Part shown: piece by piece, positions 39,645 through 50,093 of the stretch
Position numbering within the stretch: position 1 is the stretch's first letter
Layout: every line of letters starts with the position of its first letter
Source of the DNA: a candidate division FCPU426 bacterium
GTDB taxonomy: Bacteria; Oederibacteriota; Muellerivitia; Muellerivitales; Muellerivitaceae
Direction: 5' to 3'
Assembly: GCA_963847625.1 (NCBI GenBank)
Contig: CAWKAR010000027.1
Span: forward strand, 224,001 to 288,000
Length of the DNA stretch: 64,000 nt
Program-made: the position numbers and the translations under genes
The notes under the pieces: model-generated
Databases searched by the model: none
Told to the model about the DNA's origin: nothing
What the model saw: the letters and a program-made list of their open reading frames with translations, nothing else

Positions 39645-40840
39645 AAAAACCAAGTTTTTTCTTATGCTACTTTGAGACGACCCGGCAATGCGACCAGGGC
39701 TGCCCCAACTGCATGACCAAGCGGACGGAGCCGCCGATCAAGACGGAGCTCTCCACGGAAGAGGCGGAGCGCCTGGTTCTGGATGAACTGAGGATCCTCT
39801 GCCCAAATGGAGCGGTCTCCTTTTCCGGCGGCGAGATTCTGCAAAGGCCCGACCATCTGGAACTCATCACGCACAACGCCCGAAATGGCCTGTACACGTT
39901 TGTGAATACCAGCGGCCAGGGCCTCGATTCGGCAAAACTCAAGCAGCTCAACCGGGCGGCCGGCAACCGGCTCACCATGGGTTTTTCCCTGGATTCCGTT
40001 CAGGAGGACGTCCAAGAAAAATGCCGCTCCGGCAACCTGGAAACCCTCGAACGCCTCTTTAAGATCTGCGATGAGAATAGGGTCCCCTTTTTCGTCCTGG
40101 TGACGGTTTCAAAACAGAATCTTGGCTCCCTTCGACGCACCATGGACTGGTTGTACGAGAAAAAGATCGCGGTGATCCGATCTCCCTTTGTGCCCCGAGG
40201 CGCGGCGGCAAAAGCCCGGCATTTATGCTGCGACCGCGATGACATGGAAAGTACGGTTTTTCCCTCCTTACGGGACAATCCTCTGTGCTATGTCAGTTAT
40301 ACGCCTTTTTTTGCCGCCCCAGACGCGATGAACCTGACTCTCGGCGGACGAGAACTGACCCTGGGCAACTTGGGTTGCCAAGCCGGCCGGACATTCATCG
40401 GCATCAACGCGGAGGGCGACGTGGCACCCTGTGTTCATCTGCTGGACAGCCCAGTCACCTGCGGCAATGTACGCGAGCGGCCCTTGTCCAGGATCTTCCA
40501 TGAGTCCGGGATCATGCGCGCTCTGCGTCATGAGCGTCCGGCAAAAGGCAAGTGCGCCCGCTGCCGCTATGGTGATTCCTGCCGCGGCTGCCGTTCCCTG
40601 GCTTATTACCATACCGGCGACTATCTTGCGGAAGATCCCTCCTGTTTTTTCGAGCCTCAGGACGTCGGGACGCGAAGCCCTCATGAAGAGTTGCAAACCG
40701 CCAACACCCGCGTTTTTCTGAATCACCTCGTGCGGAACCGCCCCTGGAGCGGAATCTTCGGTTCTTGGGGCCGGCTGGGCGTTTTCCTGCTGAATCTCAA
40801 GGCCGTGGTCAAGGGTTTTTTGAGGATCCGTTTTCTATGA
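39641..40840 (+). CDS. Radical SAM protein with SPASM domain
   Basis: CDQGCPNC, SFSGGE, CQAG...GDVAPC, CARCRYGDSCRGCR...C. Confidence 0.93.
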   Translation: MKKPSFFLCYFETTRQCDQGCPNCMTKRTEPPIKTELSTEEAERLVLDELRILCPNGAVSFSGGEILQRPDHLELITHNARNGLYTFVNTSGQGLDSAKLKQLNRAAGNRLTMGFSLDSVQEDVQEKCRSGNLETLERLFKICDENRVPFFVLVTVSKQNLGSLRRTMDWLYEKKIAVIRSPFVPRGAAAKARHLCCDRDDMESTVFPSLRDNPLCYVSYTPFFAAPDAMNLTLGGRELTLGNLGCQAGRTFIGINAEGDVAPCVHLLDSPVTCGNVRERPLSRIFHESGIMRALRHERPAKGKCARCRYGDSCRGCRSLAYYHTGDYLAEDPSCFFEPQDVGTRSPHEELQTANTRVFLNHLVRNRPWSGIFGSWGRLGVFLLNLKAVVKGFLRIRFL

Positions 40841-42180
40841 GGATCCTCTTGATCAAACCCAGATGGTTCGTCAAAGACGGAGTGTACCGCTTCCTCACCC
40901 GGGTGACATTCCAATCCCTTCATTTGGGCATTCTGGCCGCTCTTTCGGAAGGGAACGACGTGAAGGTGATCGACCAGGATTGGGATGAAGTCCCTTTTGA
41001 CGCGGACTTCGATTTGGTCGGGCTCACCGCCACAACGTTCACCTCTCAAAGGGCGTTTGACATCGCGGATGTGTTCCGAAAGAGGGGCGTTCCGGTGGTG
41101 ATCGGCGGAGTTCACGCCTGCCTGATGCCGGAGGAATGCCTGCAGCATGCGGACGCGATCGTCATCGGCGAGGCGGAATACGTATGGCCCCAACTGCTCA
41201 AGGATGCCGCAGCCGGCGAGCTTAAAAAAACCTACCGGCAGGACAAGCCCACCGACATGGATGACGTGCCGGTCCCCCGGCGGGACCTGCTCAGGCAGGA
41301 TCCCCGGGTCGGCATGATCCAAGCAACGCGCGGCTGCAATCATGCCTGCCGGTTCTGCTACCTGCCCAGTGTGCCCTGGCACCGGCACCGCCAGCGGTCG
41401 CCGGACAAAGTCTACGAGGAAATCAAGGGCATGAAGCAGAAGGTCCTCTTTTTTGTGGATGACAACCTGTTCGTGGACGAGGAATACGCCATCGCTTTGT
41501 GCGAGAAAATCGCGCCTTTGAAAAGGGCCTGGTCGGTCCAGGCGCCCACCACCGTCGCCCGCAACCCGAAGCTGCTCAAGGCCATGCGAAAATCCGGCTG
41601 TTTCTTCGTTCAGGTCGGGTTTCAGACCGTGCATCCGGACTCATTGCGGCAAGCCGGCGTGGTGCAGAACAAGATCGAGAACTATCAGGAGGCCGTGCGG
41701 CGGTTTCACGAGCACGGCATTCTGGTGCAGGGGTTCTTCATCTTCGGCTTCGACAACGAGGATCAGCGCATTTTTGAGACGGCGGAGTCCACTATCAAGA
41801 GGATGGGACTTGAGGACGCCCTGCTCTATATCCTGACGCCCTATCCCGGGACTCCGATCTATGATCAACTCAAGAGCGAGGGGCGCCTATTGCTCCATGA
41901 ACGGGAAAATTACGGATGGGCCAATGCGGTGTTCAAGCCGGCCCTGATGACGGCTCAAGAGCTGGAAATGGGCGTGCAGCGGACCTACGAAAACCTCTTT
42001 CACTTTTTCAAGCGGCGCGCGCCGATGCAGATCCTGAAGTGGCTGCCTTTCTTTATGCGCCATCCCAGCCTTCTCACGCTTGTCTTGCGGGCGTTGAACC
42101 GAAAAGTCAAAATCATTGAGCGGCCAACCCAACAAACCGGTGATTCCGGTATTTCAACGGCGGCTTCCTGCCGGCGGTGA
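40837..42180 (+). CDS. B12-binding domain radical SAM protein
   Basis: VVIGGVHA, VIGEAE, TRGCNHACRFC, TPYPGT. Confidence 0.93.
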   Translation: MRILLIKPRWFVKDGVYRFLTRVTFQSLHLGILAALSEGNDVKVIDQDWDEVPFDADFDLVGLTATTFTSQRAFDIADVFRKRGVPVVIGGVHACLMPEECLQHADAIVIGEAEYVWPQLLKDAAAGELKKTYRQDKPTDMDDVPVPRRDLLRQDPRVGMIQATRGCNHACRFCYLPSVPWHRHRQRSPDKVYEEIKGMKQKVLFFVDDNLFVDEEYAIALCEKIAPLKRAWSVQAPTTVARNPKLLKAMRKSGCFFVQVGFQTVHPDSLRQAGVVQNKIENYQEAVRRFHEHGILVQGFFIFGFDNEDQRIFETAESTIKRMGLEDALLYILTPYPGTPIYDQLKSEGRLLLHERENYGWANAVFKPALMTAQELEMGVQRTYENLFHFFKRRAPMQILKWLPFFMRHPSLLTLVLRALNRKVKIIERPTQQTGDSGISTAASCRR

Positions 42181-42378
42181 AACCAATTGTTTCCGCTGCC
42201 CCGGGGTGGATAGCGAACGGCCGAACCGTGAAAGGTATGGGGAACCATTGGACCCCATGCTGTCCAAAAGGGTACACAGGGGGTTTTACCCTTGTGAGCT
42301 CACTCAATAAGGAACGGGAGTTTTCCGGCAAATGTTTTATGGTACGATCAAGTCTTTGGAATAGGTTGGATTGAAAAA

Positions 42379-44823
42379 ATGAATTTACGGGAGGCCGCCT
42401 TGAAACCACGTTTTCTTTTGGCTGCTCTTTTATCCTTCGCCTGTGTGACTGTCGCCCGGGCGGAACTGAAGCTGCCCGCGATTTTCGGGAACCACATGGT
42501 TCTCCAACAGGGCAAGAGCGCGGTTTGGGGCAAGGCCGAACCGGGGAAAACCATCACGGTTTCCCTGGCGGGCCAGGAGGCTTCCGCGAAATCCGGCTCG
42601 AAAGGGAACTGGAAGGTTGAACTTCCTCCCCTAGAGGCGGGAGGTCCCTATGACCTGGTGGTTTCCGGCGACGGGGCGGTGACCTTGACCGATGTGCTGG
42701 TGGGCGACGTGTGGCTCGCTTCCGGCCAGTCCAACATGGAATTCGCGATGAAAACCACCCACGACGCGGATGTCCAGATTCCCAAGGCGGATATCCCGCA
42801 AATCCGGTTTTTCACGCTTGATCATGCCACTTCCGCCGCCCCGGCGGACGACGTGAAAGGTTCCTGGAAAGTCTGTACGCCCGAAACCGTCAAGGATTTT
42901 TCAGCGGTGGCCTACCATTTCGGGAAGGATATCCGCGAGGCCCTGAAAATCCCCATCGGGCTCATCAAAAGCGCTTGGGGCGGAACCTCGGGTGAGTGCT
43001 GGGTGCCCCGCGACGCGCTGGACCGCGAACCCCGGTTCACGAAGCTCCTCAAGGATTGGGACAGTAACCAGGAACAGATCAAGGGCTGGACGGTCGGGTT
43101 GCCCTATGAGCTCCAGCTATCCGACATCCGGCTCACCCCCAAGGACGAAAACGGCAAGGCAACGCCCATCCTTCTTGAAAAAGACAAAAAAGGCCTGGGG
43201 GGGAACTGGAACTGCTCCGTGAACCCCGGTTCCACCGGGGCCTTCGCCGTCAAGGGCAAGCGCCCCGAGGGCGGGATCGCCGCGACCCTGTCAGGACTCA
43301 TGAAGGGGATGGGCTGGATCACCCTCACCGGGTCCCTGAAGGCGGACAATTCCGCGGTGGACCTGGGCGAATACGGCTCCATCGAGTTTTACGCCAAGGG
43401 GAACGGGAAGTACCGCATGAAACTGGGCCAGGCCTCGATCGCGGATTACGATTATTACTCCACGGATATCTTCAACGCCCCGGCCGACTGGAAGCTCATG
43501 ACTTACCCCATTTCCTCGCTCAAACAGGGGGGATGGGGCCTGCCCAAAGCGTTCACCCCGGACGCGGTGCAGTCCCTGGTCTTCACGGTGGAGGTGCCCT
43601 ACAACCCCGAGATCGCCTCGATCGTTTATAACGCCATGATCGCGCCCCTAACCTCCTTCGGGGTCAAAGGGGTGCTTTGGTACCAGGGGGAATCCAACGC
43701 GGGGCGAGCGTCCGATTACCAGGTTCTCCTTTCCACGCTCATCAAAAGCTGGCGTACGGCCTGGGGCAAGGACCTGCCCTTTTTCATCGTTCAACTGCCC
43801 AATTACATGGAACGCAAGTCCCAGCCCTCCGAGAGCTCCTGGGCGGAGCTCCGTGAGGCCCAGTTGAAGACCCTTTCGGTTCCGGGGACGGGGGTGGTGA
43901 CCACCATCGACCTGGGGGAGGCCGGCAACATCCACCCGAAAAACAAGACCGAGGTCGGCAGAAGGCTGTCCCTGGCGGCCCTGGGCCAGGTTTACAAAAA
44001 ACCCGTGGTTTGCTTGGGCCCCCTGTTCGACAGCCTGACCGTCAAGGGCGAAAAAATGCTCCTGAAGTTCAAGGAAACCGGAAAGGGCCTTTCCACCCGG
44101 GACGGCCAACCTGTCACGGGCTTCGCGGTTTCCAACGAGGACGGTGAATTTTACTGGGCCAACGCGAAGATCACCGGCGAAAACACAATGGAAGTCTGGA
44201 ACGATTCCGTGAAGAAGCCCGTGGAAGTGCGTTACGCTTGGGCCGACAATCCCGATTGCAATCTCATGAACGAGGACGGCCTTCCGGCATCGCCCTTCCG
44301 CTTCAGCACCGAGCCGGAAACAGCGGAAGGGGGTAAAGACTTCTTCGAAACCTGGAAATCGCTGGATCAAACCGGCGTCTACGTCGACTCGAAAGGCTCC
44401 ACCATTTCGTTCTCGATGGAGAAAGGCCCTGAGAAGAGGCAAAAGGCCGTCAAACTTACTTTCACCCTTGATTCCGGAGGCTATTGCGGCCTATGGCACA
44501 ACGCTTCCTACGACCTGTCCAAGGCCGGGGCGATCGTCTTCCAGGCCAAGACCACCCTGTCGGGCGAGGTCCAGGTGGCTTTGAAAGATAAATGGAACGT
44601 CCAGTACGTCGCCAAGGTATCGGTGCCGTCGGAGAAGTGGACCGAGGTGAAGGTGCCCCTTTCCTCCTTCGTCAAGGACCCTTATTACACGCCGGATAAC
44701 GCCGAGTTGGGGCACCCCATGGATTTGTCCAAAGTGAATGGCATGAATTTCGGCCCCCAGGCAACCGGAACGGGCGAAATGTGGGTAGGCCCGGTTTCAG
44801 TCGGGGAAGGTTCTTCCGAATAA
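42379..44823 (+). CDS. Sialate O-acetylesterase (SASA) family carbohydrate esterase with CBM11/CIA30-like modules
   Basis: LASGQSNME, WYQGESNA, IHPKNK, VRYAWADNP. Confidence 0.92.
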   Translation: MNLREAALKPRFLLAALLSFACVTVARAELKLPAIFGNHMVLQQGKSAVWGKAEPGKTITVSLAGQEASAKSGSKGNWKVELPPLEAGGPYDLVVSGDGAVTLTDVLVGDVWLASGQSNMEFAMKTTHDADVQIPKADIPQIRFFTLDHATSAAPADDVKGSWKVCTPETVKDFSAVAYHFGKDIREALKIPIGLIKSAWGGTSGECWVPRDALDREPRFTKLLKDWDSNQEQIKGWTVGLPYELQLSDIRLTPKDENGKATPILLEKDKKGLGGNWNCSVNPGSTGAFAVKGKRPEGGIAATLSGLMKGMGWITLTGSLKADNSAVDLGEYGSIEFYAKGNGKYRMKLGQASIADYDYYSTDIFNAPADWKLMTYPISSLKQGGWGLPKAFTPDAVQSLVFTVEVPYNPEIASIVYNAMIAPLTSFGVKGVLWYQGESNAGRASDYQVLLSTLIKSWRTAWGKDLPFFIVQLPNYMERKSQPSESSWAELREAQLKTLSVPGTGVVTTIDLGEAGNIHPKNKTEVGRRLSLAALGQVYKKPVVCLGPLFDSLTVKGEKMLLKFKETGKGLSTRDGQPVTGFAVSNEDGEFYWANAKITGENTMEVWNDSVKKPVEVRYAWADNPDCNLMNEDGLPASPFRFSTEPETAEGGKDFFETWKSLDQTGVYVDSKGSTISFSMEKGPEKRQKAVKLTFTLDSGGYCGLWHNASYDLSKAGAIVFQAKTTLSGEVQVALKDKWNVQYVAKVSVPSEKWTEVKVPLSSFVKDPYYTPDNAELGHPMDLSKVNGMNFGPQATGTGEMWVGPVSVGEGSSE

Positions 44824-44980
44824 ACTTCCGAAGGGTCTTAAACTGATCAATTGGGTGTAGGTTTGACGGATATTGGTATAAGCGTTAAACTTTATGATGG
44901 TTTTATGTTTTAGACGCAGTCCTGTTTGGAAAGAAAGAATCAGGTTGCCTTTGAAAGCCCTTTCTCCTGAACCCTTCCGC

Positions 44981-46573
44981 ATGGCGCGGTGTTTCAGCTT
45001 TTGGATGGCTTGCTCATTCCTTTGTTTTGGCGTGCCTTCGATCGGTTGGCCCCAGACTCCAACCCCCACGTTGACTTCCACGGTTACGGCCGTTTTTACC
45101 CCGACCTCAACCAACACGGTTTGCCCCACCATTAACCTTTCTTCCTCAGGGCTGACCCTCACTTCCGGAACCTATAATTTTTGCGGGGTAACCATCTCCG
45201 GTACTAACACCCCCAATACCAACCTGGTCGCCTTAGGGCCCATCACCATCAATGTCATAAGCGGTGATTTTGTCATGGCAGGAACCGCCTGGTTTACTAT
45301 ATTTGGGATGGTGACAGTCAATGTGACAAACGGAAGTTTTATCTTAGCCGGGAGTAATTTGGTGACGGGCGACGGCAGGGGATACGCGGGAGGAGCCATC
45401 GGCCAGTCTGGAATGGGCCCTGGCGGCGGCGGGGCGGGCAGTGCCAGCGCCGGCGGCGGCGGCGGGGGACACGGCGACTTTGGGGGAAATGGCGGTGGCG
45501 TCCTCAATGGCGGGGCCATGTATGATTCCGGAATCATTCCATTCAATATGGGAAGCGGCGGTGGCGGAAGCGCGGCCGTTACCGGAGGCCCCGCCGGCTC
45601 CTATTTGGCTCTTAATGTTCCCAACGGGCAAGTCAGTATTGGGGCTAACTGCGGGATCATCCTCGTCGGGCTCGGCGGGGGCAGCGGCACCTCGGGCGGA
45701 GGTGGCGGGGCGGGTGGTGTCCTATATGTCCAAGCCGCGACCATCACAGGAGCGGGGGGTGTAGGGGCGCAGGGCGGCCCCGGGGGGACCGGTTCGGCAG
45801 GCGGCGGGGGAGGAGGAGGAGCCGGTGGAATCATCAATCTTTGCGCCTCCGTTGCCATGGGCTACAGCGGGAGTGTCAGTGTTCAAGGCGGCTCGGGCGG
45901 CTCAGGGACACCAGCCGGTTCGGCCGGAGGATTGGGAATGTATTACCATTGTTCCATTTCGGTTTTTCCAACCTACACAGCGACCAATACCCCGACGAAT
46001 ACCATCACGAATACTCCGACAAACACCTCCACTTCTACGGCGACGCCGACGGCCACGCCGACCCCCACGATCACTGCCACCGCGTCTGATACCTTGACTC
46101 CCACGGATACATCCACCTTTACGCCAACTAACACTCCAACCAATACACCCACAGCTTCACCTGCCAACACCCCAACCAACACGCCCACGAATACGCCCAC
46201 AACCACACCAACCGTGACCTTCTCAGCCACGTTGACACCCACGCACGTCCCCATCCCGACTGCGACATCCAGCCCCACGGTGACGCCCAATACCGATCTG
46301 TACCTGGATCAAAATATATTCAACCCCGGTACGGGCCAGCCCCTGGGGCTGACGATCCGGGTGAATAGTCCTGGCCGGGTAAAAGTGATGGTTTTCAACC
46401 TCGCCGGCGAGGAAGTGAGGAAATTAATGGATGCATCCATGAACGCGGGAAACTTCCAGGCGTCCTGGGACGGGCGAAACTCAAGCGGCAATGTTGTCGG
46501 AAATGGGGTTTACTTCCTGGTCATCCAACAGCCTTCGGGCCAAATGGTCCGAAAAGTGATAGTTTTAAGATAA
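44981..46573 (+). CDS. Gly-rich secreted protein with Thr/Pro linker and FlgD-Ig/T9SS-like C-terminal domain
   Basis: Poly-Gly blocks, (PTNT)n, and NIFNP...VFNLAGEEVRKL...WDGRN..GVYF...KVIVLR; start codon uncertain. Confidence 0.8.
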   Translation: MARCFSFWMACSFLCFGVPSIGWPQTPTPTLTSTVTAVFTPTSTNTVCPTINLSSSGLTLTSGTYNFCGVTISGTNTPNTNLVALGPITINVISGDFVMAGTAWFTIFGMVTVNVTNGSFILAGSNLVTGDGRGYAGGAIGQSGMGPGGGGAGSASAGGGGGGHGDFGGNGGGVLNGGAMYDSGIIPFNMGSGGGGSAAVTGGPAGSYLALNVPNGQVSIGANCGIILVGLGGGSGTSGGGGGAGGVLYVQAATITGAGGVGAQGGPGGTGSAGGGGGGGAGGIINLCASVAMGYSGSVSVQGGSGGSGTPAGSAGGLGMYYHCSISVFPTYTATNTPTNTITNTPTNTSTSTATPTATPTPTITATASDTLTPTDTSTFTPTNTPTNTPTASPANTPTNTPTNTPTTTPTVTFSATLTPTHVPIPTATSSPTVTPNTDLYLDQNIFNPGTGQPLGLTIRVNSPGRVKVMVFNLAGEEVRKLMDASMNAGNFQASWDGRNSSGNVVGNGVYFLVIQQPSGQMVRKVIVLR

Positions 46574-46765
46574 AACCAAAGGGCCATAAAACGTGTGTTG
46601 GGCCCACGTTCTACAGGTGATGAAGGGTCCTTCATCCGCCAAAAGCCTCATCTCTCTTCCCAAAAAACCAATAAAAGCCCCCTATTTTTAACCTAATTAT
46701 TTTGAAATAAATCGGTTTTCGGCCGTCTAGAGGGTGAGGAGATAAATACCCTTTAGGTACAGGCC

Positions 46766-47953
46766 ATGAAAAAAACCATTATTTTGATTTTATTAACCCT
46801 TTGTTCGGCCGCCCAGGCCCAGGTACCAGTTCTCAACACCGGTTGTTTCATCAAGAGCGGTGACGGGAACGATCAAATCGTGATGGACAATGGGGTTGCC
46901 GTCAACCGGCAATCCCAGACAGTCACCGATCCGCAATGGGGCCCTTCGGCGGATCCGGGGAATAATTTCTGGATTTCCGACTCGGCAAGCGCCTCGGCCC
47001 CGAAATATCCTCCAACGACGATCGTCTTCAACCGGATCTTCACGGCACCCGCGAGCATCGTCAATTCGGGGGCATCGGTGACACTGAAATACGGGGCGGA
47101 CGACCAGGCGATTTTCGTGCTGTCCAACAATCAAACTGCCGGGACGACTCTCACCAGTTGCATGCAACCCGCGGGATCAAAAGTCTGCCAAGGCGGGCAG
47201 TACGCGATTTTTCCCGCCAGCCTTTTTTCGAGTACCGGCGTGAATACCATCATCATTTACCTCATCAACACGCAAAGCACGGGAATAGGGTCGGGTTTGT
47301 ACGGGAATACCGGCATTAATTACGAATTCTGCGTTTCGGCGCCCCTAAATCCGCCCTCCCCAAGCCCGACCCGCACAGCCACGAACACGCCCACCCCGGT
47401 GAAAACCCCCACACCCACCTGGACAACCACCCCCACGAATACACCGACAAATACCTTGTCACCCACTCCCACGAGCACACCGACCGACACGCCGACCCCG
47501 TCCCCGACGCCGACATCAACCTCCACCAACACGCCTACCCCGACGAACACTTTCACGCCGACGAATACCTTCACCCCCACACCCACGGAAACGCCGACCA
47601 GCACCCCCACCTCGACAGCCTCCGCCACATTCACCCCGACATTAACCTCCACGCCGATACCGCCTTGCAACGTGTTTTACATCTCGGAAAACAAATTCAC
47701 CCCATCCCATGGAGCGGTATCGATTCGTGTTTCCATTTGCCAATATCCAGGCCCCTATTCTCTGATGATTTACAATCCAGCCGGGGAACACATCAAAACC
47801 CTGGATGAACGGTATTTGGAAGCCCCGATTGACGTTTCCTACCATTGGGACGGCAAGAATAAATTCGGGAATCCCTGCGCGAGCGGCGTCTATATTTTTT
47901 ACCTGGCCGAGCCTTTTGCGGTAAATATCAAAAGGGTTGTTCTCATAAAATAA
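46766..47953 (+). CDS. Secreted protein with Thr/Pro linker and FlgD-Ig/T9SS-like C-terminal domain
   Basis: Signal ending AQA, (PTxT)n, [12 protein letters not shown]...WDGKN...GVY...KRVVLIK. Confidence 0.85.
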   Translation: MKKTIILILLTLCSAAQAQVPVLNTGCFIKSGDGNDQIVMDNGVAVNRQSQTVTDPQWGPSADPGNNFWISDSASASAPKYPPTTIVFNRIFTAPASIVNSGASVTLKYGADDQAIFVLSNNQTAGTTLTSCMQPAGSKVCQGGQYAIFPASLFSSTGVNTIIIYLINTQSTGIGSGLYGNTGINYEFCVSAPLNPPSPSPTRTATNTPTPVKTPTPTWTTTPTNTPTNTLSPTPTSTPTDTPTPSPTPTSTSTNTPTPTNTFTPTNTFTPTPTETPTSTPTSTASATFTPTLTSTPIPPCNVFYISENKFTPSHGAVSIRVSICQYPGPYSLMIYNPAGEHIKTLDERYLEAPIDVSYHWDGKNKFGNPCASGVYIFYLAEPFAVNIKRVVLIK

Positions 47954-48041
47954 CATCTTCCGTTTTTTTGGTAATTTTCCCGCTCTTGAGGTTTTTTCCT
48001 TTAACATGGATTAGAATGAACCGTGTTTAAAAGGGTAAACC

Positions 48042-49745
48042 ATGATTTGCTTCGGGAAGGAACTCATGCGCTCTTCACGTCAACGGCTATTTCACCAATG
48101 CGGGTTCAATCCTAAAAATTCCCATTGCGCCTTGGGGCCTGCCCGACGTATTTTCAGGTGTCTTCTCGCGCCGTTTCTCCTTACATCATTAATCCTGTTT
48201 GGGGGGCCTTCCTTGACATCCGCTGGTGAGCCGCCGATGTTCCAGCAACCCGTCATCCCGGGTTTCCATCCCGACCCCAGCATCGTAAAGGTCGGGAAGG
48301 ACTTCTACCTGGCCAACAGCTCCTTCGAGTATTTCCCCGGCATCCCCATTTTCCACAGCCGGGACCTGGTGCATTGGAAGCAACTCGGTTACGCTCTGAC
48401 GCGGCCCAGCCAGCTCCCCTTGTCCGGCGCCAAAAGCGGGGGAGGCCTCTACGCGCCCACCCTGAGATACCACAAAGGAACCTTTTACCTGGTCGTCACC
48501 AACGTGGACGGGGGCGGCAACGCCATCTTCACCGCCAAGGACCCGGCCGGGCCCTGGTCCGAGCCGGTGTGGCTCCGGGATTACTACATCGACCCCTCGC
48601 TCTTTTTCGACGATGACGGAAAGGTGTATTACACGCGCCATGAGGACGGCGCGAAGGGCGGGATCATCCAGGCCCCGATCGACCCGGAGTCGGGGAAATT
48701 CCTGACGCCCTTGAAGCCCATCTATAACGACCTGACCCAGGTCTGGAACGAGGGGCCGCACCTCTACAAAATGAAGGGCTTCTACTACCTGATGCTTTCC
48801 GAGGGCGGGACCTTTTCCAATCATGCGGTTTACATCGCTAGGAGCCACTCCCCATGGGGGCCGTTCGACCCCTGCCCCGGCAACCCCATCCTGACCGAGC
48901 GCCGAAACCGGTCCAATCCCATCCAGGACACGGGCCACGCGGACCTGGTGGAGGCCTCCGAGGGAAATTGGTGGATGGTATTCCTGGGGACCCGGCCGGT
49001 GGACGGCCATCCCTCGCCCCTGGGAAGGGAAACCTTCCTGGCGCCCGTCAATTGGACCGCGGACGGTTGGCCCGTCGTGAATTCGGGGAAGGACATTTCG
49101 CTCCGCATGCCTGTCCCCGACCTGCCGCGAGACCATGCCGCGCCGCCCCCTGGCCGGGACGACTTTCACCCGGAAAACCTGGGAGTGGATTGGGTTTTCC
49201 TGCGCAACCCAGACCCCGCCACCTGGTCGCTGGAGGAGCATCCCGGGTATTTGCGGCTGAAGGGTTCCTCCGCCACCCTGGGGGACCAGCTTTCCCCCGC
49301 CTTCATTGGAAGGCGCCAGGAGAGCTTCGGGGGCAAGATCACCACCCGCATGGATTTCGAACCTTCCAAGGAAGGGGAGGAAGCGGGGCTGGTCGTGCGC
49401 CTGGACGAGGGCAACCACTTCGACCTCCTGGTGGGTTGGGTCCAAAAAAGGCTCCAAGTGTTCCTGCGCCAGACCTTGAACGGCGTGGGCATGGTGCTGA
49501 ACCAATCGGAAATCAAATCCGGCACGGTGGACCTGCAAATCAAGATCCGGCCCGACCAATACGAGTTCCTCTATTCCACCGACGGGAAAAATTTCACCTC
49601 CCTGGGCACGGGCTCTTCGGTGAACGTGTCCCCGGCCCGCCTGAACACCTTCACCGGCGCGGTTTTCGGCCTTTACGCCACGGGCAACGGGACCCCCTGC
49701 GGGGGTCCCGCCGATTTCGATTGGTTCCAATACGACCTTCAGTAA
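48042..49745 (+). CDS. GH43 beta-xylosidase/arabinofuranosidase
   Basis: PGFHPDPSIV, YAPTLRYH, IDPSLFFD, EGPHLYK; start codon uncertain. Confidence 0.95.
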   Translation: MICFGKELMRSSRQRLFHQCGFNPKNSHCALGPARRIFRCLLAPFLLTSLILFGGPSLTSAGEPPMFQQPVIPGFHPDPSIVKVGKDFYLANSSFEYFPGIPIFHSRDLVHWKQLGYALTRPSQLPLSGAKSGGGLYAPTLRYHKGTFYLVVTNVDGGGNAIFTAKDPAGPWSEPVWLRDYYIDPSLFFDDDGKVYYTRHEDGAKGGIIQAPIDPESGKFLTPLKPIYNDLTQVWNEGPHLYKMKGFYYLMLSEGGTFSNHAVYIARSHSPWGPFDPCPGNPILTERRNRSNPIQDTGHADLVEASEGNWWMVFLGTRPVDGHPSPLGRETFLAPVNWTADGWPVVNSGKDISLRMPVPDLPRDHAAPPPGRDDFHPENLGVDWVFLRNPDPATWSLEEHPGYLRLKGSSATLGDQLSPAFIGRRQESFGGKITTRMDFEPSKEGEEAGLVVRLDEGNHFDLLVGWVQKRLQVFLRQTLNGVGMVLNQSEIKSGTVDLQIKIRPDQYEFLYSTDGKNFTSLGTGSSVNVSPARLNTFTGAVFGLYATGNGTPCGGPADFDWFQYDLQ

Positions 49746-50093
49746 ATTAAGATGACTATCTCTTCACGACACGTAAAGAAATTTATTTACCGCAGATAAC
49801 GACCGACGTGCTCCGCACGTGCCGATAACGGCTTATAGTTTAAGGCTTTCTCAACCTTATCGGCGTCCATCGGATTTGATCGGCGGTTCCATGCCTTTTT
49901 GCTTTTTGGGCCTTAATGGTTAATCGGCACAATGACATATAAAACAAAGAAAAAGCGTTAAGCTTTTTCCAACCGAATGATTCCCCCCGATATTCTTTTT
50001 GACAGCCTTTCCTTTTAAAACCGATAATAGGCGCCTCATCCAGGATGATCGGACCCATTAAAACCATGCGCAAAATTTTTTCAGGAGGCTTTC

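Noticed and set aside
39132..39653. Minus-strand 173-aa ORF or a REP-associated transposase remnant
   Set aside because: It crosses a repeat and a composition junction, and has no HUH motif.
48189..49750. Long alternative-frame ORFs over GH43 (also over GH29, xylF and polA)
   Set aside because: They are shadows of high-GC3 genes whose real frame has clear family motifs.
49790..49890. CCGCAGATAAC...ATCGGCGG inverted short repeats (similar at 24590-24692 and 52338-52365)
   Set aside because: These are common short intergenic palindromic repeats with no further structure supported here.
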